64,000 bases of DNA from a virus (taxonomy: Duplodnaviria > Caudoviricetes). Shown here one piece after another: positions 48,538-59,052 of the stretch (position 1 is the first letter of the stretch; every line of letters begins with the position of its first letter). The notes under the pieces are model-generated. The model searched no databases. It saw nothing but the letters and a program-made list of their open reading frames with translations, and was not told where the DNA came from. The position numbers and the translations under genes are program-made. The stretch is taken from the IMG/VR virus record IMGVR_UViG_3300031993_000015; one strand, written 5' to 3'.

Positions 48538-51500
48538 ATGATTCGTATCAAGGCAGACAGATGCGGGTACGACAAGTACAAGTGTGTCGGTATCCCCCAG
48601 ATAAGTGAAGACAGCAACGGCATGTTCGACGAAAACGTAGCCATTGTTGCCAGCATGAAGGCTGAGTTCAACAAGCTGCCGATGCGAATCAAGGGAATGG
48701 TGTTCTCCGAGGACACCACCAATATGAGCTGGCCTGACGGTGGTCCGCATCCTGAAGTTCCTGAGCTGACCTGCCGCACGAATACAGATCCTCTGTCTGA
48801 TGAGACCGACGTGTCCGTGCATCCTGAATGTCTGGATATCGTGATCGCCGGCCATACCTACCAGTACCCGGTCTATGGCGGAACCAGTGGCTGGGCTGAC
48901 CTGTTCAATGCGGAGTACCAGCATGGTGAAGATCCCCGGTATTTCTACAGGAACACCATCGTGGGTTCTACGAATGCGGTCGCATCCGATGTGTTCATCA
49001 TCACAGGCGATACGCACTGGCACAATATCTACAGTCTGGGCGGTACCCGCAGCGGCTACAACGGGGTGCCGAACTTCACGGTCAATATCACAGACACGAT
49101 GGAGAACAGCGTCGAGATGGGCCCCGGCCTGCTGGAGCCTATGCTGGACACAGACTTCGACCCCGTGGATATCAGCACGATCCCCGCATGGGAAGCCGGT
49201 GATGACAGTTTCACACTGAGCAATATCTTGATCAATGGCTGGAAAGGTGTTGTAGATGACCGCTTCCGGAACATCTACGCAAGACTGAACAGCATTCCGA
49301 TAAGCGATGCAGACCGCAAGCTCCGGAGTCTCACAGGCGCCCAGAATACAGAGTCCGAGTGCAAAAATTTCCAGATCACACTGACAAGTGGCGCAGCTTT
49401 GCGGGATCCTGACGATGTTGACCAGCGCACTTATCATGCTGACACACTCCCGAACGCAGATAATACGCATACCCCGATCACAGTCGGCAGCAGATGGCAT
49501 GGAAAGACGGTTACATCTCTGTGGCAGGCTTTCAATGGTGTCTGGTGGTGGACTGTAGAGGACGCGCCGAATCTTTATGCGGTCAGTGGTGGTAGCATCA
49601 TATACGGAACCAGTACAATATCTGTTGCTGGCCTCTCCGATCTGTATGCGCCGTTCTATGCCTATTTGATGGCATCCTTTGATGTTCCTACATCGCACAC
49701 CGATGTGAAAGCCGCAGATGTTCCCAGAGTACCTGGAGAAGGTGGAACGCCGCGCATGATCGAAGACGGCGACGTTGTCGCCAGCGGCGGAACTGTGACG
49801 AACTTCACAAGCACAGGCTCAGGCGCAGCGACCAGGTATTCTTGGGATACAATCGGCGACAACACTGCTGAAATTGCCGTGAAGACCGGACCGCAACTGT
49901 CGGAGGATGGGACCGCAGATCCAGAGCCTGGTGGTGTAGGCATTGGCGGCGTTCGTATTATCCAAGGCGCTGACTCATCCGACCCGCTGATTCTATATAA
50001 AATCTACCATGAGGACTGCATCTCCGAGATTGAGAAGCCGGAAGCAGATGCGGAGGCTGCTCTGCATGGAGTCATCGACTTTGACATATACGGAAACGAG
50101 ATCATCACACCGCTTCCAGGTTCGACGATAACACCAGCACCGGGTATTGTGCAGCCTGTTGTAAACATTGCGCTGGTTATTGATGGCTCTACGGAAACGA
50201 ATTACCACTCGACCACAGATGTTCCGACTGTCGAGTCTGTCTACAACTTCATACATGGTATTACGGCTTACAACGGGCCTGTCGCAGATGCGAAGGCGAC
50301 TGAAATAGCATTGTCTGGGATTTCCGGTAGCACGGTGCTCGGTGAACCGGTTGATTATGTGATCCCGATCAATAAAGACAGATGGGCGCAGAACACAGAA
50401 GACGAGATATCCGGCTATACGGCGGCTGAGAGTATGTATGAGGCTGCTAAGGCTGCTTGGGAACTCGCCGGAGAGCCGGAAGAAGGCGAAATTTACGAGG
50501 CCTACATTGAGGCCAGTACAGCATACAGCGATGCTTACTACACTGTCTATGGCGACGTCTCTGATGGTGAGCCCGGTACCACGTATGTAATAAACAGCAT
50601 CGTGCTCATGAATGGCGCCATGATGGGTGTTGCAGCTACAACGGCGCCATCAGTCAAGGCAGTATATGACTTCGTTCATGACATTTATGCGCTCTCTACA
50701 ACTGGAACAATTCTGGTAAACGAGCAGAATGTGCCGTATGTCAGCCACGGTACTCCAGGCACTGTGTTTACTATTGACAGCCTGGACAAAGCCAGATATG
50801 AGGCTGAGGAGTACTACCAGGACGAAGTTCCAACAGTTAAGGCTGTCATGGACTATGTGAAGATGGAAGGTTCGACCTCTTCCATAATAGGTATCATCGG
50901 ATACACCACAAATCAGCCTGAAGTGCTGTGGCCGATTCCGGGATCTACTGTGGATCCGGCTGCTGGCTATGTACAGAACGTCAGGAATGTGTATGTGTCG
51001 GGCACTCACGGGGTGTCAGGCTATGCGGTGCCCACAGTGGATGCTGTGTACAACTTCATCCATAACGTCGCGGTTGAAGGCATGACGTTCTCGTCCGCAC
51101 TTGTTACTGGAGGAACCCTTGCCGAGATATCCACGACCGAGGGCGATGTTACGACAATTACAGGCTACACAGCGACAGGCGAGCCAGGCACTTGCTACAT
51201 GGCAACCTTGATTCCTGTTGGCAGCACAGTGTCTATCGACATTGATAACTGCGCCCCAACAGTGCAGGCTGTTATTGACTATGTTGATGACATGCTTCCT
51301 GTCGATGCTGTTGCAGGTACACTGGTAAACGGCAGCACAACAGAAGTCTGGGCGGAAGGCGACCAGTATGTAGATCCTGTAAGAGGCACCGTCGAAGTGT
51401 CCAGCCAGATTGTGGTTGGTTCTACACCTGGGTTGTCTTTGCAGACAGTTCCTTCGGTGAAAGCGACATATGCCTTTGTGCATAATGAATCTTTGGATAT

Positions 51501-54500
51501 TGCATATCGGTCTCTGGCAACTGGTGGTACTGTTTCAAACGCTTTTGGTCCGACGTATATGGCTACAAAAACACCGGCCAATACGCCCAGTTACAGGAAA
51601 TGGAACAAGAGTAGTAAAGAACAGAATCTGCTTGGTACGAATGCATCTGTTACTGGCTGGACTCCTGGCACTATAAATGTCATCGACACGATTGTGTTTG
51701 TGCAGGCAAATGTATTTCTGGTTGAAGGGGATGTCAGCATAACAGTTCCTTCTATTAAAGCTGTTTACGATTTTGTGCATAATGCATATGCACTGGCTGA
51801 GCCTGGCACAGTCAAGGTAATGAGCGGTACCACAACGCGCTATGTTGCGCATGGTACGCCTGGCACCGTCTACTCCGTAGATACCATTGACATAGATGTT
51901 TATAATGCAGGTGCTTACAATCCAGGTTCAGCAGCTGGTTACAGCAATAACGGTAGCTACTGGTATGAAGAGGTGCCAACTGTTCGAGCAGTGATCCAGT
52001 ATGTTGAAGGTAGATCATGTCCAAGCGCTATAAAAGGCATTATCTCTGTCTCCGCCGGCACAGAATCCCTGGTTTCGGTACAAGGAACCACAGCGGCTGC
52101 TGGTATTGTTCAACCGGTCAAGAACATCGACATCGGAACACAGGACCCGAACAATGTGTCGCCGGATGCTGTTCCTACAGTTCAGGCCGTATACGACTTC
52201 ATACACGGGTATACCGTCGCGAACTACAAGGTGGCGGATGCCAAAGCGACAGCAGACGAAACCATCGCGGTAGCCGGCTCTACTGTCCAGGTCAAGTGCG
52301 GAACATCGGCCGTTCCTGGCACGTTCTATGTCACGAATGACATGGCCAACATAACGGACACAGTGACCACATATGTAGCTCCTGAAGCTGTGCCTACGGC
52401 CATGTCCGTGGTGAACTACATCAGGGCCTATGTTGCAGGACACACGGCGACAGCTTCCAGAATTTCTGTGAGCGATGACAGTCCATACGAGTCACTGGAT
52501 GCTATCCACACGACTGGTACTGTCGATGTTTCTCGTTGTATCAATCTGAATCTAACGGTTAACAAAAGACCGGAGTCTTCCAGGGTTGTGCCGACTGTTG
52601 AAGCTGTTTATAACTTTGTACATGACCTCACTGATTTCTACTCTGGTTCCACAATGTCAGCGCAGTCGTCTTTGGCTACACGGGGTATCATAACAGGGAC
52701 CACGACGGGTACCAGCCCAGTCATCACAGGCGCAACTGCCTCTGGATGCACTGTCGGTACATACAAAGTGGTCAGTAATATCGTGGGTGCTACAAATGCA
52801 CAGGGCGGCCTGTTCAGCGTAGATGATGTGGTTCCAACAGCTGACGCCATTGTCAAGTACATCAAGTCACTGAATCTTGATCCAGCCGGCATGGCTGTAT
52901 CTGGAAATCTGAACCAAAACGGTGACTGGGTTACAGCCGCGACGGTCAGTGCTGGTATCTATTATGTGGCTACGAACGTTGTTGCTGGTACAGCCGGATC
53001 TGCGGCATATTCATCGGTTCCTACCGTTCGTGCTGTGAATGATTTTATTGCAGGTTATACAGCGTCCGTCGGCGGCTTCTCCGTGACTGCTGCAGACAAG
53101 GAAGACTGGGAAACAGTCGGCACGGGCACGTCCGCAACCAAACGCAAAGCAGACCTAGGCATCGTTGGTGTGGTTGATACACTTGTTGCGGCCACGACCG
53201 TGAGCAATCGTTCGTTATCTACGAATACAGTCCCAACAGTAGCTGCAGTGAAGGACTATGTTGATATACATACACCAGATATGGCAGTATCCGGTAGTCT
53301 GAATCAGAATGGTGATTGGGTAACTGCGAGCATAGTAAGTGCCGGTATTTACTACGTAGCGACAAACGTAGTTGGTGGCACAGCAAATTCACCTGCTTAT
53401 TCTTCTGTGCCAACAGTGCACTCTGTACATGACTTCGTTACTGGTTACACGGCATCTGTTGGTGGTTTCTCTGTAACAAACACAGGTGCAGAAGACTGGG
53501 TTACGACTGGGACAGGCGCATCCGCAACAAAACGTGAAGCAAAACCTGGTCTTGTTGGTGTTGTTGACACTTTAGTAGCAGCAACAACAATAAGTTATCG
53601 GTCCTTGTCTATCAAGACAGTTCCGACAGTGGCAGCTGTTAAGGATTATGTAGATACACAATCCAGAATAGATGCAATACCTGGCAAACTTTATATAAAC
53701 ACAGGAACATCAGCAGGCGAAGCGATTGCTGATGTACGTGGTACAACGCATACAGAGGGCATAATCCAATCTGTAACAAATGTGTTTGAAGATACAAATG
53801 CCACGAATCCACCTTTGTCTGTAAAAGTGGTTCCAACAGTGGAAGCTGTTATAAACTTCATGCACAACTATGATTTGGCAGAAGACCCAACACCGACACT
53901 TGGACCAGTAACACGAGCTATTGCAACCGAAGGAACAATCGCTGTGTCTGGTCAGACTGCAGCCAAGCTATCGGGTATAGATGCAAGTACAAATGCTATT
54001 CCTGGTACATGCTACACTGTTATAAGTATGTTGAACATGCGCAATCGCACACTTGTTAAGACAAGTGGTTACACGGTTGGTAGCACGAGTTATACAGTCG
54101 CCAGTATAGTTCCTACTGTCGAAGCCGTCGCAGAATACGTTGCAAATTCCACGGCCAGTATTGGTGGTTTTACAACATCTGGTTCAACAGAAGAGTGGAT
54201 AAGCGGATATACAGCCGTAGCTGGTATGTTCAAGGTTGTCAGTACTCTGAATGCTGCCGCTGTAACTGATAGTCGTCCATACTCAACAGATACAGTACCT
54301 ACTGTGGCAGCTGTGAAAGACTACGTGGATTCTAATAAGGGTGCACAGTATGAGGGTCAGTTCAAAGTATATAAGGCAACGAGCGCAGCAACTAAGTGGA
54401 CAATAGATCCCGGAACAGTTTATTATCCGGGTGGTTCAAAGGATATCCTATCCAATTCAACTGCTGTATCTGTTACCACAGCTGCTCAGACAATCTGGTT

Positions 54501-54663
54501 AAAGATATACAGAACAGCAGAAAGTGCAACAATTCAGTATGAGTATTCAACAGCATATGCGCGTGACATATATTCACAATCAATTCCTATTGCTTATGTC
54601 ATAGGAAGCACAGTGTCTCAATACCAGCACGGACCTGCAATTATTGAAGGCCGTTGGGAATAG
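48538..54663 (+). CDS. giant tail fibre protein with about 19 VPTVxAVxx(F/Y) repeats
   Basis: 2041 aa, Thr/Val/Gly-rich; periodic PG…VPTVxAVxDY/FV motif resembling tail-fibre repeat necks; at the end of the tail module. Confidence 0.75.
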   Translation: MIRIKADRCGYDKYKCVGIPQISEDSNGMFDENVAIVASMKAEFNKLPMRIKGMVFSEDTTNMSWPDGGPHPEVPELTCRTNTDPLSDETDVSVHPECLDIVIAGHTYQYPVYGGTSGWADLFNAEYQHGEDPRYFYRNTIVGSTNAVASDVFIITGDTHWHNIYSLGGTRSGYNGVPNFTVNITDTMENSVEMGPGLLEPMLDTDFDPVDISTIPAWEAGDDSFTLSNILINGWKGVVDDRFRNIYARLNSIPISDADRKLRSLTGAQNTESECKNFQITLTSGAALRDPDDVDQRTYHADTLPNADNTHTPITVGSRWHGKTVTSLWQAFNGVWWWTVEDAPNLYAVSGGSIIYGTSTISVAGLSDLYAPFYAYLMASFDVPTSHTDVKAADVPRVPGEGGTPRMIEDGDVVASGGTVTNFTSTGSGAATRYSWDTIGDNTAEIAVKTGPQLSEDGTADPEPGGVGIGGVRIIQGADSSDPLILYKIYHEDCISEIEKPEADAEAALHGVIDFDIYGNEIITPLPGSTITPAPGIVQPVVNIALVIDGSTETNYHSTTDVPTVESVYNFIHGITAYNGPVADAKATEIALSGISGSTVLGEPVDYVIPINKDRWAQNTEDEISGYTAAESMYEAAKAAWELAGEPEEGEIYEAYIEASTAYSDAYYTVYGDVSDGEPGTTYVINSIVLMNGAMMGVAATTAPSVKAVYDFVHDIYALSTTGTILVNEQNVPYVSHGTPGTVFTIDSLDKARYEAEEYYQDEVPTVKAVMDYVKMEGSTSSIIGIIGYTTNQPEVLWPIPGSTVDPAAGYVQNVRNVYVSGTHGVSGYAVPTVDAVYNFIHNVAVEGMTFSSALVTGGTLAEISTTEGDVTTITGYTATGEPGTCYMATLIPVGSTVSIDIDNCAPTVQAVIDYVDDMLPVDAVAGTLVNGSTTEVWAEGDQYVDPVRGTVEVSSQIVVGSTPGLSLQTVPSVKATYAFVHNESLDIAYRSLATGGTVSNAFGPTYMATKTPANTPSYRKWNKSSKEQNLLGTNASVTGWTPGTINVIDTIVFVQANVFLVEGDVSITVPSIKAVYDFVHNAYALAEPGTVKVMSGTTTRYVAHGTPGTVYSVDTIDIDVYNAGAYNPGSAAGYSNNGSYWYEEVPTVRAVIQYVEGRSCPSAIKGIISVSAGTESLVSVQGTTAAAGIVQPVKNIDIGTQDPNNVSPDAVPTVQAVYDFIHGYTVANYKVADAKATADETIAVAGSTVQVKCGTSAVPGTFYVTNDMANITDTVTTYVAPEAVPTAMSVVNYIRAYVAGHTATASRISVSDDSPYESLDAIHTTGTVDVSRCINLNLTVNKRPESSRVVPTVEAVYNFVHDLTDFYSGSTMSAQSSLATRGIITGTTTGTSPVITGATASGCTVGTYKVVSNIVGATNAQGGLFSVDDVVPTADAIVKYIKSLNLDPAGMAVSGNLNQNGDWVTAATVSAGIYYVATNVVAGTAGSAAYSSVPTVRAVNDFIAGYTASVGGFSVTAADKEDWETVGTGTSATKRKADLGIVGVVDTLVAATTVSNRSLSTNTVPTVAAVKDYVDIHTPDMAVSGSLNQNGDWVTASIVSAGIYYVATNVVGGTANSPAYSSVPTVHSVHDFVTGYTASVGGFSVTNTGAEDWVTTGTGASATKREAKPGLVGVVDTLVAATTISYRSLSIKTVPTVAAVKDYVDTQSRIDAIPGKLYINTGTSAGEAIADVRGTTHTEGIIQSVTNVFEDTNATNPPLSVKVVPTVEAVINFMHNYDLAEDPTPTLGPVTRAIATEGTIAVSGQTAAKLSGIDASTNAIPGTCYTVISMLNMRNRTLVKTSGYTVGSTSYTVASIVPTVEAVAEYVANSTASIGGFTTSGSTEEWISGYTAVAGMFKVVSTLNAAAVTDSRPYSTDTVPTVAAVKDYVDSNKGAQYEGQFKVYKATSAATKWTIDPGTVYYPGGSKDILSNSTAVSVTTAAQTIWLKIYRTAESATIQYEYSTAYARDIYSQSIPIAYVIGSTVSQYQHGPAIIEGRWE
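52891..53655 (+). repeat. tandem 390-bp (130 aa) internal duplication in the tail fibre
   Basis: MAVSGxLNQNGDWVTA…VPTVAAVKDYVD starts at both 52891 and 53281. Confidence 0.9.
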
Positions 54664-54713
54664 CTATATTGTAACTCCGTAGATGCCTAACCTTTTCTGC
54701 GGAGTTACTGCCT

Positions 54714-55466
54714 ATGCCCACCTTCGGATGCCACTCATGCGGCGTCGATCCGTCTAAATACAAAGACTGGATGTCGTCCCCATGCGCCACTTGTAAACTG
54801 AAAGACGAACAATACAACACACATCGACCTGCCTTGTTCGATAGCGGCAACTGGGACGATGATGACGAGGCCGAGTTCCTTGGAGTCGAGGACAAAGACC
54901 TACAAAACATCGACGAAAACGACATCGACGTCGAAGTCCTGAAGAAAGTCAAGGAAGCCACGGAGATCACCAAGGTGCTCCGTGAAGTGATAGAGAAGCA
55001 GGTCTTCCTTGTAGCATCCGGTCTCGTGCTCTCGCTTGTGAAAATGGCGAAGGAGAGCCCGGTGCTCTTCGAGATTCTCATCAAGAAGATGCAGTATCCC
55101 TACCTGAGCTACTCCGAGATCGGCGCCAGTATGAACCCCAAGTGCTCCAAGCAGAACGTCCTGTACCACCTGAAACACGCCGTCGAAATGTTCCCGGACC
55201 TGAACTCCGCAATTCTCACAGACACCAGGTTCTCTGGCGGGCACTACGCACTCAAGACCATCGCAGAGGCGAACAAGCAGAACAAGGCAAAGCAGCGCAT
55301 CCAGGGTATTCTCTATGGAGAAGCCAATCCGGCCTTCATCGCCAGGGGCCTGAAAGAAATCACACGTATCTGCAGCCTTCCTTTCATGGCTGACAAAGAC
55401 ATCATCAATTTCAACCCCTTTATCAAGGATGAGGCCGCCAATGTCGCTGACGATCAAGATTCATGA
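54714..55466 (+). CDS. putative transcription regulator: N-terminal Cys4 cluster plus HTH
   Basis: CHSC…CATC; LSYSEIGASMNPKCSKQNVLYHLK HTH-like segment. Confidence 0.55.
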   Translation: MPTFGCHSCGVDPSKYKDWMSSPCATCKLKDEQYNTHRPALFDSGNWDDDDEAEFLGVEDKDLQNIDENDIDVEVLKKVKEATEITKVLREVIEKQVFLVASGLVLSLVKMAKESPVLFEILIKKMQYPYLSYSEIGASMNPKCSKQNVLYHLKHAVEMFPDLNSAILTDTRFSGGHYALKTIAEANKQNKAKQRIQGILYGEANPAFIARGLKEITRICSLPFMADKDIINFNPFIKDEAANVADDQDS

Positions 55467-56610
55467 AGACGTCTACAAAGTCCAGGATCCGCGCATAAGG
55501 AAGATCACAACTGGCGCCATGTCGCTGGAACACTTTGTCGCTACAATCAGCCCTGATGATCCGTTCGTACTGGTACATGACACGGTCTACGTCATGACCG
55601 AGCAGGAGTACTACTCCACCAGAGCCGTCTATCCGACGCACAGGCTGATGGACCACATGTTCACTCACATCATGCAGATGCAGGATCTGTCGGTGTTCTC
55701 GGAAGACGACCGCAAGTACATCGAAAAGGCTCGCAAAGACTATCCTGAGTGCCCGCGCTGTCAGCAGAAGAAGTACCGCAAAAAGTTCTACGAGCTGGGC
55801 CTCAAGTACAACCTGGAATCAGAGCTGAACGACTGCCTGAACATACTGCAGCGCGTTCCGCGATATCCGAAGGTGAACGGGGAGATCAAGCCGACGCTTT
55901 CTTTTGTGAGTGCTTGGGTACACAATGTGCCGGAGACCACACGCAAAGGCTGTATCGCCTGCGTGGAGAAGCATCTGTCCCAGGCGTACATCCTTGCCGG
56001 CGAGGTAGAGCAGGGCTACCCGGAGCACATCGTGCTGGTCTGTGGTCATCTTGGGCAGGCAATCGACGAGCTGCCGGATGAAGCCTTCTTTATGAAGCAG
56101 ACGCTGGAGTTCTGCATGGCAAAGACCATTGAGTCCGGCGTGCCTGTCGTGCCACTGTGGGCGATTCTGTCGCAGCTTCTGCTGGTGCAGCGCGGGATGA
56201 AACCCGTGGAAGACTTGAGCAATCCTGTGTACGACATTGGTCTGGATGTGACCGATGATATCGTCGCGGAGTGGAAGAACCTGACACCTTACATGCAGGG
56301 CAAATTCAAGGCACTCATGGTAGAGTGCGGCGCAGCCATCGGGAACTACAAGGAGAACCACGATGAAAAGAGCCGGTTCCAGTTCTCCGGCTACATGGCG
56401 AGTGCCGCCGAGATGCTGGCATCTGTTGCACCGAAGATGGCGAACATGTTGCGCGACCGCAGACTCGCCTTCGTGGCAGCACCTGATTTGATGGAAGAAG
56501 CTGGATATGATCTGTACGGGCTGGTGGAACAGCTCGATGGCTCAGACAGCGGGACCAGTGTGAGTGTCGATCTCGGTGTAGAGCAGGGAGTCGCTGACGA
56601 CCCCGCCTGA
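55441..56610 (+). CDS. hypothetical protein with CxxC motifs
   Basis: ATG 55441 after GAGG; CPRC, CIACVEKH. Confidence 0.75.
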   Translation: MSLTIKIHEDVYKVQDPRIRKITTGAMSLEHFVATISPDDPFVLVHDTVYVMTEQEYYSTRAVYPTHRLMDHMFTHIMQMQDLSVFSEDDRKYIEKARKDYPECPRCQQKKYRKKFYELGLKYNLESELNDCLNILQRVPRYPKVNGEIKPTLSFVSAWVHNVPETTRKGCIACVEKHLSQAYILAGEVEQGYPEHIVLVCGHLGQAIDELPDEAFFMKQTLEFCMAKTIESGVPVVPLWAILSQLLLVQRGMKPVEDLSNPVYDIGLDVTDDIVAEWKNLTPYMQGKFKALMVECGAAIGNYKENHDEKSRFQFSGYMASAAEMLASVAPKMANMLRDRRLAFVAAPDLMEEAGYDLYGLVEQLDGSDSGTSVSVDLGVEQGVADDPA

Positions 56611-56967
56611 GTCGTCCATAAGGGCGTTGATCTGGTTCCATTCGACAACCAGGGCGTTCACGTCTTTCTCAATGGAGTGATACGTGAGGTCGGCCATCTT
56701 GGCTGTGTCGAAGATCATTTCGATCTCGTCGGTGCGGAAGTAGCACTCGTCTTCTGGTTCATAGTCCGGGAACTCGACAAGTTCCGACGGGGAACACACA
56801 TGGCTGAACCGGTACAGGGGAGCCAGGTCATCTGCACTGCGGGGCAGCACTTCAATGGCGAACACCGCACTGGTGATGTTACTGCCGACTGCCTTGATTT
56901 TGATCTTGACAGAACCTTTGCGGCCGGTTGTGGTTTCCTGGCTGATATTGATGGTTGCGACTGCCAT
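56542..56967 (-). CDS. hypothetical protein
   Basis: MAVATINISQ… preceded by SD TAAGGAG on the minus strand; overlaps the 3' end of the convergent gene. Confidence 0.7.
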   Translation of the reverse strand: MAVATINISQETTTGRKGSVKIKIKAVGSNITSAVFAIEVLPRSADDLAPLYRFSHVCSPSELVEFPDYEPEDECYFRTDEIEMIFDTAKMADLTYHSIEKDVNALVVEWNQINALMDDSGGVVSDSLLYTEIDTHTGPAV

Positions 56968-56977
56968 GACGGTCTCC

Positions 56978-57220
56978 TTATCTGATGACGACGCCGGCAA
57001 TCGTGACCGGCAGTTTGAACAGTGATGCGCAGAGCTTGATGAACTCTGGTCTGAGGCGGTAGCGCAGTACCGCAACGCGAAGCAGGGCGTTCACTTTCAG
57101 CGTCTTGGCCCCGCAGGTGCCACAACGCTTCCAGGCTGCTGACGCGGCCTGTAACATAGGAAACCCGTCGGCAGGGTTGCTGAGGAGTTTTTCTTCGTCT
57201 TTTGTCAACATGACGTGCAT
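56978..57220 (-). CDS. small hypothetical protein with CxxC
   Basis: RCGTCG; its stop codon forms the SD of the next minus-strand gene; start uncertain (57211, 57220 or 57235). Confidence 0.55.
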   Translation of the reverse strand: MHVMLTKDEEKLLSNPADGFPMLQAASAAWKRCGTCGAKTLKVNALLRVAVLRYRLRPEFIKLCASLFKLPVTIAGVVIR

Positions 57221-57222
57221 CC

Positions 57223-57231
57223 TATAGTAAG
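57223..57231 (+). promoter_or_regulatory. putative phage promoter element TATAGTAAG
   Basis: Recurrent motif in the divergent intergenic gap upstream of 57260. Confidence 0.5.
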
Positions 57232-57259
57232 ACAATCAACCAAATGAAAGGCTTATACG

Positions 57260-58192
57260 ATGGATAACCTTGACAAATCCTGCTTCGCTTATCAGGACGG
57301 TAAGCGCTACCCGATTCACACAAAAGAAGACACGTTAAACTCCTTCCGCCAGTACTGCGGGGAGAAAAGCCGCTTCGGTGAGGCGCTCAACAGGACCATC
57401 CAGAAACAGTTCGACAAGGCTGCCAAGTATCACGAGATTACTCTAAAGGAGCCTGAGCAAACCAAGACGGCTTCCGCCAAGCAAATCGAGACTTTCAAGG
57501 CCGGCCAGGGCACCATCAGCATGCCTGTGATCGAGACTGGCGAGGAACTGGACAAGGCTGTGGCGTTCGTTCTCGAAAAACGTGCCTCCATGAGCCGCGA
57601 TGAGCTCAAGGATACGGCCAGATACGTCCTTTTCCAGGCTGCGAACAGCGATCTGGACATCGACAGCCCGGAAATGCGCAAGATTTCCATGATCGCCGGC
57701 GCCGGAATCAACGACCGCGAGGAAATCGAGCAGCAGCTTGGTGTTAGAGCCAAGATGGCGAGCCTGTCTCCGGCCAACGCACAGACTTTCTGGCAGTTCT
57801 ACAACGGTCTGAAGGACGTTTCCGACGATGAACTGACCAAGGAAGCCAGTCTGGACAAGATCTGTGGCTTCATGGATGCGGTCGATACCGAGTTCAACCT
57901 CAAAAACCGCTATGGAGAGACCTACGACGGCATCACTCTGAAGGCGCCGGAAGAGGCTTGCTTCGGCCAGACTATCGACGACCTGCTCAAAGAGGCTTCC
58001 GACATGATGGAAATCACCTCAATCGACACTGTTTTGAGCAAATCCGCCCTTCTGGAGCGCAAAAACGAGGTCAACAGCTTCTTCAAGAGCCATTTCGGGG
58101 TCGAAAATGACCTTTCTGACCAGGAAATGATCGAAAAAGTGGCTTCTCTCGACGCTTCCGTCGCAAAAGCCTTCCTGGAGTACGTGAAGTGA
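57260..58192 (+). CDS. hypothetical protein with multiple K-x-A-S motifs (probable head-associated)
   Basis: 310 aa; TKTAS, EKRAS, TKEAS, LKEAS, EKVAS. Confidence 0.8.
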   Translation: MDNLDKSCFAYQDGKRYPIHTKEDTLNSFRQYCGEKSRFGEALNRTIQKQFDKAAKYHEITLKEPEQTKTASAKQIETFKAGQGTISMPVIETGEELDKAVAFVLEKRASMSRDELKDTARYVLFQAANSDLDIDSPEMRKISMIAGAGINDREEIEQQLGVRAKMASLSPANAQTFWQFYNGLKDVSDDELTKEASLDKICGFMDAVDTEFNLKNRYGETYDGITLKAPEEACFGQTIDDLLKEASDMMEITSIDTVLSKSALLERKNEVNSFFKSHFGVENDLSDQEMIEKVASLDASVAKAFLEYVK

Positions 58193-58806
58193 GCTTCCCG
58201 CTGTCCAATCACTGCTTCGTTTCCTCTGTCACGCTGGCAACTTTGCGCCAGTTGGGCATGGAATCGCTTGAATGGGACCCGGAAGTGCTCATGATGGGCT
58301 TCGAAGCGACTTTTGGGGTGAAAAAGATGCCCCAAAAGCTGTTCGACAAGCTGAATTGCGGCTATATGTTGCTCGGAACCGACCTTTTCTACAGTTCTAT
58401 CGAGGGTTTCCTGTCTGCGACGGCTGTTATGAACGATAGACCATTCGAAGAGGACCAGATTCCATTCTGCAGCCTGGAAGAATGCGCCTGGAGCGTCTGG
58501 GAAGCATCCCAACTGACTGGAGAGACGTCTGATGGCAAGCCTACGACGGAATTTCACCCGGATATCGTGAAATACATCCAGGAAGCCGGTCGTTTGAACG
58601 GCGTGAGCAAGTTTCCGCTGTGGCTGAGCTTCGCAAACACCGAAGATGCCCCATATCCGGACATGTCAGGCGACGAATCAGTCTTCGAAATGTATATGCA
58701 GCGCCAGCAGGAGTATATCGCAGACCTGAACCGATACGTGCAGGGGCGCCAGGACAAGCTGACCGAAGAACTGCAGAAACTCGAAAAACTGCGTCTTGTG
58801 GGTTAA
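58189..58806 (+). CDS. hypothetical protein
   Basis: 205 aa, GTGA-coupled to the previous gene. Confidence 0.75.
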   Translation: MSFPLSNHCFVSSVTLATLRQLGMESLEWDPEVLMMGFEATFGVKKMPQKLFDKLNCGYMLLGTDLFYSSIEGFLSATAVMNDRPFEEDQIPFCSLEECAWSVWEASQLTGETSDGKPTTEFHPDIVKYIQEAGRLNGVSKFPLWLSFANTEDAPYPDMSGDESVFEMYMQRQQEYIADLNRYVQGRQDKLTEELQKLEKLRLVG

Positions 58807-58928
58807 AATCGGGTACTTTTGGCGGTATAATACAATGGTGCTGAATAAGCACTGTTGCGGTGACTATCACCGCAGCCTTTCTCCCTTGGCTTAAACAGGG
58901 AGATAGCTTTGCTTTTACACCATAGGTG

Positions 58929-58937
58929 TATAGTAAA
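58929..58937 (+). promoter_or_regulatory. putative promoter element TATAGTAAA upstream of the tRNA cluster
   Basis: Recurrent motif, 15 nt before the first tRNA. Confidence 0.5.
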
Positions 58938-58943
58938 CCAGAC

Positions 58944-59033
58944 GCAGGGATGGCTGAGTGGTTTAAGGTGGTCGGCCTGAACCCGACAGCGGCCTGCAGG
59001 TCGCCGCAGGTTCGAATCCTGCTCCCTGCGCCA
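58944..59033 (+). tRNA. tRNA-Ser(TGA), with C33
   Basis: Acceptor GCAGGGA/TCCCTGC, anticodon arm GTCGG-CCTGAAC-CCGAC, long variable arm, T arm GCAGG-TTCGAAT-CCTGC, G73 and CCA. Confidence 0.9.
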
Positions 59034-59052
59034 GCTCTTTGACAATGACAAC

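Noticed and set aside
22346-54663. Extracellular contractile injection system or tailocin rather than a phage
   Set aside because: Prohead protease, scaffold-like, capsid and neck genes plus tRNAs are present.
58828-58833. Sigma70 promoter from TATAAT
   Set aside because: No recognisable -35 at canonical spacing; a single hexamer is insufficient evidence.
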